Shown here in pieces: positions 57,545 through 64,000 of a DNA stretch of 64,000 bases. The stretch comes from Candidatus Woesearchaeota archaeon (GTDB lineage: Archaea > Nanobdellota > Nanobdellia > Pacearchaeales > GW2011-AR1). The translations under genes and the position numbers were made by a program. Numbering within the stretch: the stretch's first letter is position 1; the number at the start of each line of letters is the position of its first letter. The stretch covers positions 2,028 to 66,027 of the forward strand of contig CAZOCP010000001.1 of the NCBI GenBank assembly GCA_964578345.1, written 5' to 3'. Below the pieces are notes generated by a model. That model had not been told where the DNA came from and searched no databases. It saw only the letters and a list, made by a program, of their open reading frames with translations.

Positions 57545-58213
57545 ATGGATCCTATAAAAGAAGCCTTCATAAAAGTAAAAGAAGAGATAGAATACTTAAA
57601 AAAAGAGCTATCTTCATTAAAACATGTGCTTACAGAACTAACAACCCAAACAATTCCAACAGACAATTCCAACAAACCAACACAAGATACAAACCAACAA
57701 ACCAACACACAGGAAATTCCAACACAAAAGTTAAACGAACACCATTTATTCTATCATAAGCCTCTAAAAACACCAAATTCAAGTATCTCCACAGGAAATA
57801 AAGGGGTTCCAACAAACCAACCAACAAACCAACCAACAAACCAACACACAGGAAATGAAGGGGTCCTCTCAGAATTAGACCAATTAGAAACAGTTTCTAA
57901 GCTTTTGACAACTCTAGACGCAGTTAAAAAAGAAGTTCGTATAAAATTTAAAAGATTAACAGACCAAGAAATGAGTGTTTTTACTATGATATACACACTT
58001 GAAGAAAGGGGATTTATCGTCGATTATCATATCCTATCCATCCAATTAAATCTCACACAGATATCCATCAGAGATTACATAAGAAAACTAATCCAAAAAG
58101 GAATTCCTATTCGAAAATCTAAAGAAAACAACAAAAAAATAACCCTTACCATCGCTCCCGAGCTAAGAAAAATCACTTCTTTAGAAACCATAATTGCCCT
58201 TCGGGAGCTATAA
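57545..58213 (+). CDS. coiled-coil protein with a PTNQ tandem repeat and C-terminal winged-helix domain
   Basis: N-terminal coiled coil, low-complexity (PTNQ)n encoded by the CCAACAAACCAA tandem repeat, and C-terminal MSVFTMIYTLEERGFIVDYHILSIQLNLTQISIRDYIRKLIQKG wHTH. Confidence 0.4.
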   Translation: MDPIKEAFIKVKEEIEYLKKELSSLKHVLTELTTQTIPTDNSNKPTQDTNQQTNTQEIPTQKLNEHHLFYHKPLKTPNSSISTGNKGVPTNQPTNQPTNQHTGNEGVLSELDQLETVSKLLTTLDAVKKEVRIKFKRLTDQEMSVFTMIYTLEERGFIVDYHILSIQLNLTQISIRDYIRKLIQKGIPIRKSKENNKKITLTIAPELRKITSLETIIALREL

Positions 58214-58400
58214 ATATTCGTTATACCGAATAAATAATTAAAAAGTAGTTTATCCAAACAAATCTCTTCAAAAAACTTTAAAGTACGTTTAATGTTCATT
58301 CTCCTCAGAAAAATTGCTTTATTTCTTCAATTTTTCCTCATGTCGGAGACCGACGGAAACCACACTTTTTAAAAATTCTCTCTTTCCAGTTTTTTCATCA

Positions 58401-59048
58401 TTAACTCTCATTTTTCTGCTCCTGTTTTGTTTCTTCTTCATTTTTTCTTTTTTTATTAACTCTCACTTTCGCATATTTTACTAGTTTTTCCCTCGTTTCT
58501 TCAGGGACAAATACTCTTTTTTTCCCATTTTTCTCACTAAACTCACGAATTAAACTCTCACTTTTCTGTTTTATCGCATTTATTTGGCCCCTAATTGTAG
58601 ATCTCTCTTTTCCTAAAAGAAGAGCCAAATCTTCATAGCTCAGTTTTAATTCACTATTCATTAAAGTAAAAACAATCAATCTTTCATTGGCAGTTAAATT
58701 TTTTAAAATATCATAAAAATTACCTGTTTGAACAGCTGTTTGAACAGCATTTTCAACACCATAAACAGGTGTTTGTTTAGAATAAACAGACGAATTCTTC
58801 AACAGCTGTTTGTCTTCTTTAGCTAAATTCATCATTCCAACACCTTCTCTTACACTCTCAATCTCACTTTTTATCGACGATAAATCTCTCTGCATCTCTT
58901 CCAACAAATCAAACAACTGTTTGTCTTTATTATCAAGGTGTTTAATCCACTTTCCAACAGTACCCATGTCCTTCTTCACAGAAAAAAATCCTTTTTCAGT
59001 TTTTTCCTCTAATTTTTTATACTTATTTCCAAACAACCAATCAAACAT
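58401..59048 (-). CDS. coiled-coil protein with C-terminal HTH domain
   Basis: C-terminal LSYEDLALLLGKERSTIRGQINAIKQK helix-turn-helix; an internal AVQTAVQT is encoded by tandem AACAGCTGTTTG repeats. Confidence 0.4.
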   Translation of the reverse strand: MFDWLFGNKYKKLEEKTEKGFFSVKKDMGTVGKWIKHLDNKDKQLFDLLEEMQRDLSSIKSEIESVREGVGMMNLAKEDKQLLKNSSVYSKQTPVYGVENAVQTAVQTGNFYDILKNLTANERLIVFTLMNSELKLSYEDLALLLGKERSTIRGQINAIKQKSESLIREFSEKNGKKRVFVPEETREKLVKYAKVRVNKKRKNEEETKQEQKNES

Positions 59049-59440
59049 AATTTCATACCATATGCCTAACTATTTAAATATTGCGGTTTTAAGGGCTAAA
59101 AGACAAAGAACCAAAAACCCACACAATTTTTATTAATCTCTTCTTAAAACACAAAAAAGATAAACAAACACCTCGATTTCTATCTCAAACAGCTGTTTAA
59201 ACAGCGAAAAACACCCCCAACAGCTTAAATCACGCATTTAAATGAAACAATACTACATAAGGTTTAAATACTTCTTTATCCATCTTAAATTACACCTCTT
59301 TTTCCCAGGGAGGAAGTTTGATCTTTCTTTTTGTCAGATTGAACCTCCTCTCATGGGTTTCAAAGTCCCAAATATCTTGCTTTTTTAATATTTATAAATC
59401 ACCAACATAAATTTATAAACTTCATTTTTTTCTTCTCTTT

Positions 59441-59695
59441 ATGCAGATATTTAAACAAAAACGCTCTTTCAAAAATGAATTTAAACGGCAATTACGCCTC
59501 GCTATTATGGCAGCTATAGGCTTTACTATTGCATTTGCATGGCGCAATGCGATATTCAACACATTCCTAGACTATATTTCTCGTTTCCTAAATCTCCCGA
59601 TAGAACACTTCTTATCAGAGATATACGCTGCTCTTGCCATAACATTCACAGGAGTCATCCTTATCTTTCTTTCTTCCCGGTTGCTAAAAGAATAG
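59441..59695 (+). CDS. small membrane protein
   Basis: 84 aa with two hydrophobic helices. Confidence 0.35.
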   Translation: MQIFKQKRSFKNEFKRQLRLAIMAAIGFTIAFAWRNAIFNTFLDYISRFLNLPIEHFLSEIYAALAITFTGVILIFLSSRLLKE

Positions 59696-59782
59696 CACAA
59701 TACCCAAATAAAAACATATTTAAACTTGCTTTTTCTAGTTCTATCAACGGTTTATGTTCAATAGCCGTGAAAGGAGGTGTAT

Positions 59783-59950
59783 ATGGCGAAAACAACAGCG
59801 TGGTTAGTAACTTTAATAGGAGTTCTTTATCTATTGCCTCTTATAGGCGTCGACATTGGCGTAGATCTTTCCATGTGGCTTATTGCCCTGTCTTTCTTGG
59901 CCATCGGAGTTACTAAGCTTATGCGCAATTATAGCGGCAAGCGCAAATAA
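59783..59950 (+). CDS. small membrane protein (55 aa; not in the ORF track)
   Basis: An AAGGAGGTG SD lies 5 nt upstream; translation MAKTTAWLVTLIGVLYLLPLIGVDIGVDLSMWLIALSFLAIGVTKLMRNYSGKRK. Confidence 0.35.
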   Translation: MAKTTAWLVTLIGVLYLLPLIGVDIGVDLSMWLIALSFLAIGVTKLMRNYSGKRK

Positions 59951-60012
59951 GTAGATAAAGACAAGTTTTTCTTTTTTTATTAATTTTCTTTTTTCTTTAT
60001 CTTTTTTAACAA

Positions 60013-60044
60013 GCTCAATCTTTCTAGCTTAAACAAAAAATTTC
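60013..60044 (+). repeat. 32-nt direct repeat copy 1 (GCTCAATCTTTCTAGCTTAAACAAAAAATTTC)
   Basis: 30/32 identity with 60649-60680; each copy lies 60-80 nt downstream of a tiny membrane-protein gene. Confidence 0.45.
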
Positions 60045-60435
60045 AGCGTCACTCAAAGATTCGGTTTAATAGAAAGATTCATAAGACATTGTCACTTAAG
60101 ATTTATATGTCAAGAATATCGAGACCTCGAGTCAAATATGGAAAAATAAAAATTAGGTTGTCTAATAGAAATTTAAGGATAAAAGAAGTATAAAACTATT
60201 ACACGAATCTCGAAAGAATCCTTCCTCTATAACGCCTAGCCACGATCTCGAAACAATGCTAAAAGAATCAGCAACAAAGATATAAGTCCACGTTATTCTT
60301 TCCCACATAATATTTTCAAAAATAAATAGCCTCAGTTATGAGTGAGGCCGAAGGCCGAACGCGCGCCACACCACACCACACCACAATATCAGACTATATC
60401 AAAAAATATATAAAGTCTTAAAACTTTAATACATA

Positions 60436-60597
60436 AATGGTTTCTATAAGTCTAACAATATCAGGGATTCTGGCAATTATTATAGGGATACTTATCTTAA
60501 TATGGCCCAAAATACTTCGTATAGGTGTTGGTTTTTATCTTATCATCATAGGGATTCTTCAACTTTTTAACTCCTATGTGCAATTTTCTCCTAACTA
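60436..60597 (+). CDS. small membrane protein (53 aa; not in the ORF track)
   Basis: Translation MVSISLTISGILAIIIGILILIWPKILRIGVGFYLIIIGILQLFNSYVQFSPN (DUF308/HdeD-like GIL repeat pattern). Confidence 0.35.
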
Positions 60598-60648
60598 ATT
60601 AGTCAAAGCAAGCTTTTTACAACAATTATTCACAACAAAAATAACTCT

Positions 60649-60680
60649 GCTCAATCTTTCTAGCTTCAACAAAAATTTTC
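60649..60680 (+). repeat. 32-nt direct repeat copy 2
   Basis: See copy 1. Confidence 0.45.
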
Positions 60681-61184
60681 CGCACATCAAAAAGTTCTCT
60701 TTATCCAGGAGATTTTTTCTTTAATATTAAAACAATAGCCTTAGTCGTATAGGCGCCGAAGGCGCCGTCACAACAGCCCAAATCAATAAAAACAGCAGAT
60801 AAAAGAAGGAGAGAAGAATTAGACAACACAGAATTCATAAAATAAATAAATTTAAGTCCGCGTAATATTTCTCCTTTCGCTTAAAACTTTCAACACACTC
60901 TAATCTAAGACCGGCTATTTAGGACTTTTCAACCAAAAGGCATGGCAGAATTACGGTTAATGATGATTAGACGAAATCTCTCACTTGCCTGTCGGTTGCC
61001 CGTCGACAAAAAACATAAAATAGGCAATTCTTATAATCGATTTCTCATTCCGTTTAAACATTTTCAAAAACGGATACGCCATTCGGCGTATAATCTCGTT
61101 TAAACGCAATTGTCAAGAAGTAAATGATATCGGAAGTTGTTCTCCCACCCAATAGTGGCGCGCGCTGGAAAAAGAAAAATAAAT

Positions 61185-61658
61185 TTAATCCTGTTTTTTA
61201 ATCCAATCTTTCCATTTTTTATCATTCACTATTACTGCACGATCATTTGCTTCCCAAAGTATCTTCGGATACTGCTTCATAATATATTCCCTTCCATTAG
61301 CATCTCTTCCTCCTGCAACATAAGGAAAAAAGTCAAAAGTGTAAAAAGAAGGATGTTCTTCATCGTGGAAGTATTCCTGTAGTCTTAGATTTATAGCCAC
61401 GGATAGAAATCCGCCAAATACTATCTCCTTGTCAAAATGGATATAGTGCAGTTTCTGAGTAAGTTCATCACTCCTATGTTTCAGAATGATTTCTATATGC
61501 TTTCTATTGGCGAGATAGAATCCTAATTCTTTGTAATTTTTTTCTACCTTACGAACTACATCCCACTTATCTTCTCCAATATTGTCTGGGAGATCCACGA
61601 TTTCATAATCAAATTTAAGGTCTTCCTCTAGACGTAAGATTAATTGTTTATTTTTCAT
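61185..61658 (-). CDS. hypothetical protein, tandem paralog 1
   Basis: 157 aa; its N-terminal half is similar to the neighbouring ORF (GFYLANRKHIEIILKHRS..LHYIHFDKE versus GYLIARKENIDHLLRKKQ..LEYFYFDEY). Confidence 0.4.
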   Translation of the reverse strand: MKNKQLILRLEEDLKFDYEIVDLPDNIGEDKWDVVRKVEKNYKELGFYLANRKHIEIILKHRSDELTQKLHYIHFDKEIVFGGFLSVAINLRLQEYFHDEEHPSFYTFDFFPYVAGGRDANGREYIMKQYPKILWEANDRAVIVNDKKWKDWIKKQD

Positions 61659-61668
61659 AGTGGTAATT

Positions 61669-62160
61669 TCAAGAATCCTCCATAATCTTAGTTTCTTTAG
61701 GATAATCTGATTTTTGTATCATAACTATTCTTACATTTTCACGCCAAAGATCAGGATCAAAATATTTTTTTGAACCATCTTCAAATTTTATAGTACAACT
61801 ATGATGATGAACAGGAAGAAGGCGAGATTCAAATCTTTGGTTTATGTTACTATATGAGATAGAAGCTAAATGGTGTTCTTTTCTAGGGCTTCCTAACGGC
61901 ATAGCTAATCCGCCTGCATAAAAACAATCATATTCATCAAAATAAAAATATTCTAAAGACTTATCTAGCGCTAGTTGTTTTTTTCTTAATAAATGGTCTA
62001 TATTTTCTTTACGAGCAATAAGGTAGCCTTTTTCATAATATTCTCTTTGCATTGAATAGATAACTTCTCTAATATTCTTGCCTACTTGTTCGGATGACTC
62101 TATAAGTAGATAGTTCTTCCTTTGCGTATTTTCTTCATTGTTTTTCATAATCTTCTTCAT
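61669..62160 (-). CDS. hypothetical protein, tandem paralog 2
   Basis: 163 aa, paralogous to 61185..61658. Confidence 0.4.
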   Translation of the reverse strand: MKKIMKNNEENTQRKNYLLIESSEQVGKNIREVIYSMQREYYEKGYLIARKENIDHLLRKKQLALDKSLEYFYFDEYDCFYAGGLAMPLGSPRKEHHLASISYSNINQRFESRLLPVHHHSCTIKFEDGSKKYFDPDLWRENVRIVMIQKSDYPKETKIMEDS

Positions 62161-62241
62161 TTTATTTATTATTTAACTTTTTATGCCTCTTTAGTTAATT
62201 TATTAGGAAAAGTATATATAGGGCAAGTCATAACTAAATTT

Positions 62242-63156
62242 ATGCTGGATAAGATAGATCAAATAATACTTGAGAGCCTCTTTAATAATTGCAGAATTTC
62301 AAATAAGGAGTTGGCAAGGATGCTTAAAATTACTGAACCCGCTACTCTTAAAAGAGTTAGAAGGCTGGAACAAGAGCATATTCAGAAGTATGATGGAATT
62401 ATTAACTGGGATAAAATGCCGTTTAGAAAGGTTTGGTATTTTGCTAACTTGATTGACGTAAAGAAAATTATTGACCAAAAACCAGTTTTGGGCTTTTTGG
62501 AGACAGCAGGATACTATAAGCACGCGTTTGCTTGCTTTTTTAGAAATCTAAAAGATAAAAGAAAATTTGAGTCTCTTTTGCCCAAAGAAAAAATTATTTT
62601 AGATATCAATTCTTTTCATTCTAAACCTATTTCTTTATTTGACGTTTCTCATAATATAGAAAAAGATAGAATGACTGAGGAAGAGGAAAAGATAACAAAA
62701 AAGGATATAAAGATATTAGAATGCGTCTGTGAAGGTGGCGGAAGATTATCTTTATGGGATATTTCCAAGAAAATTGGTTTAACTTATGAAATTGTAAGGT
62801 ATAGGTTTAAAAAATTAGTAAGTGCAGGATATTTTAGTCGTTTTATTGCCCAGCCAAACTCTACAAAGTTCGGAATAACCACAATTTACGTCCATTTGCA
62901 GTTTAAAAGGAAAGTTCCTATTGAAAAACTAGAGAGAATTAAGCAGACTTTAGGTTATTTAATTTGTGAAGACAATAATGTTTTAGTTCCTATTTTCACA
63001 AATTCTTTCCACAATTACGTTGATGAAATTAGTTCTATATTGGATCAATTTAGAGATGAATTGAAAAAAGTAGATTTTTATCCTATAAAAAATGCTCTTT
63101 TGTTGAATAGATATCCCTTTGAATACCTATTGAGAAAAACGGCGCGCGCCAAATAA
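62242..63156 (+). CDS. transcriptional regulator with two Lrp/AsnC-type HTH domains
   Basis: Start set at MLDKIDQIILESLFNNCRISNKELARMLKITEPATLKRVRRLEQE (Lrp-type HTH); the second copy is KKDIKILECVCEGGGRLSLWDISKKIGLTYEIVRYRFKKLVSAGY. Confidence 0.5.
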   Translation: MLDKIDQIILESLFNNCRISNKELARMLKITEPATLKRVRRLEQEHIQKYDGIINWDKMPFRKVWYFANLIDVKKIIDQKPVLGFLETAGYYKHAFACFFRNLKDKRKFESLLPKEKIILDINSFHSKPISLFDVSHNIEKDRMTEEEEKITKKDIKILECVCEGGGRLSLWDISKKIGLTYEIVRYRFKKLVSAGYFSRFIAQPNSTKFGITTIYVHLQFKRKVPIEKLERIKQTLGYLICEDNNVLVPIFTNSFHNYVDEISSILDQFRDELKKVDFYPIKNALLLNRYPFEYLLRKTARAK

Positions 63157-63655
63157 ATCCTCCCACCCACAACTTCCTCAAATAACTTGACAATTACATT
63201 CGAAATAAATTATAAGAACAAGTTCGAGACTCTCGAGAGCCTTCGTGGCTAGCTCGAGGTTTATTGCATAAACCCGCCTAATCACAAGTAAACGGCAAAT
63301 ATCTCAATTTCTCCGAAATTGTTTTGCTTCGTGCAAAAAATGATATTTGACCTAACTTTCAAAATAGATCTAATAATAAATTGCCTTTGAAAGTTCGTTT
63401 ACAGCGTAGGATTAAGCGAAAATGACTTCTGCCTGAAATTACAAATAAAATAATAGCAGGTAAACATGCACTCTTCTTTCTGTCGCTCCGCTTAAACCTT
63501 TCCTGAAAACTTGCGCTGTTCAGCGCCTAATCCCGTTTAAGCGAAATTACCTCGAAGTTAAAAGAGAAATTTGTTTTTCCCGCCCAATAGGAGAAATTGT
63601 TTCCGCCGCCGAATACAAAAAAGTGAGCCACCGAGTGCTAAAGCACAGATTCTGC

Positions 63656-63934
63656 TTACACAGAGAAATTATTTATAACTGACTCTCTGATTGTTCTAGC
63701 TAGGACGGGGTTCTTGACAACTGTTAATTGAATGTTGGTTTTCATAGAAATTATTTTAAGAAATTCACTTAGATTTGTTTTCTCAATTTTATCATGTTCT
63801 GAAAAGAATTCGTCTAGTTTTTTAGTTATTTCTTTTGGATGTGTAGTGTAGATTACCAAATCTCCATATACTCCAAGATTGTACCCTTCTTTAAAATCCT
63901 TAGGACGAGTCATAGCTTTTGAATGAACCCCCAA
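63656..63934 (-). CDS. hypothetical protein
   Basis: 92-aa ORF. Confidence 0.25.
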   Translation of the reverse strand: MGVHSKAMTRPKDFKEGYNLGVYGDLVIYTTHPKEITKKLDEFFSEHDKIEKTNLSEFLKIISMKTNIQLTVVKNPVLARTIRESVINNFSV

Positions 63935-64000
63935 ATCATTGTAATATTTGATTGTCCATTTATCAATGGCCGTTTTTCCAAAACAGACATAGTATAATGA

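Noticed and set aside
37019-58299. Further spurious track ORFs: 37019..37294, 37288..37596, 38670..38882, 40280..40528, 40882..41391, 42184..42366, 43115..43330, 45771..46082, 46524..46715, 46997..47182, 47708..47935, 49575..49787, 50046..50240, 51168..51389, 52668..52922, 52782..52988, 53425..53619, 54532..54807, 55546..55863, 56116..56319, 57280..57510, 57514..57708, 57630..57839, 57754..57996, 58075..58299, 58810..59136, 59539..59916, 61137..61382, 62270..62452, 62299..62523
   Set aside because: They overlap well-supported genes (polD, cdc6, lhr, recJ-like, aIF2alpha and others) in the wrong frame or strand. 59539..59916 additionally conflicts with two better-supported small membrane-protein genes.
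1-64000. CRISPR arrays and rRNA genes
   Set aside because: No regularly spaced direct repeats with unique spacers were found. The only tandem repeats are short coding or microsatellite repeats (PTNQ, CACAC, AACAGCTGTTTG). No 16S/23S/5S-like conserved blocks are present.

Overview
This is an AT-rich archaeal chromosomal segment, shown by RadA, Orc1/Cdc6, PolD DP1 and DP2, aIF2-alpha, Nop10, ribosomal proteins S27e/L44e/S3Ae/uS15, EF-1beta, split Hef and archaeal TyrRS. The proteins are generally short and Shine-Dalgarno sites are strong, which suggests a small-genome (DPANN-like) lineage; that placement is inference only. Its main content is as follows. (1) Positions 1-3600 hold an integrase-associated island with an Ltp-like membrane protein and a two-gene (split) tyrosine recombinase. 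(2) A housekeeping block follows: tyrS, DRG GTPase, M16 peptidase, MBL hydrolase, LigT, and Hef as a translationally coupled helicase gene plus nuclease gene. (3) The most striking feature is a large type-IV-pilus-like locus. A TadC/FlaJ-like polytopic membrane protein is transcribed divergently from at least 11 consecutive genes that all begin with class-III (prepilin-like) signal peptides. Two of these are 42-50 aa mini-pilins missed by the ORF track, and an A24-family prepilin peptidase lies 3.5 kb downstream. No assembly ATPase is present in the window. (4) A 956-aa secreted surface protein carries a coiled-coil region, W-x-W-x-Y repeats and a Ser/Thr/Tyr/Gly-rich tail. (5) A hot spot contains a RelE/antitoxin pair, tRNA-Arg(GCG) with a duplicated T-arm fragment, and a free-standing LAGLIDADG endonuclease. 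(6) The conserved rps27e-aIF2alpha-nop10 operon is present (nop10 was recovered by hand), but rpl44e is relocated and its usual place is taken by a 260-nt hairpin-dense element. A core motif of that element recurs in inverted orientation 15 kb away. (7) The cdc6-polB(DP1)-polC(DP2) replication operon sits next to a putative oriC with ORB-like dyads, AT-rich direct repeats and a 22-nt palindrome. (8) An Lhr helicase plus metallophosphoesterase pair is followed by a compositionally odd C/A-rich region. That region holds tandem tiny membrane-protein genes, repeated 32-nt downstream elements, GC-rich mini-hairpins, AACAGCTGTT palindromes around an HTH gene, and a three-gene module bracketed by GGCGCGCG palindromes. 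No rRNA genes and no CRISPR array were found.
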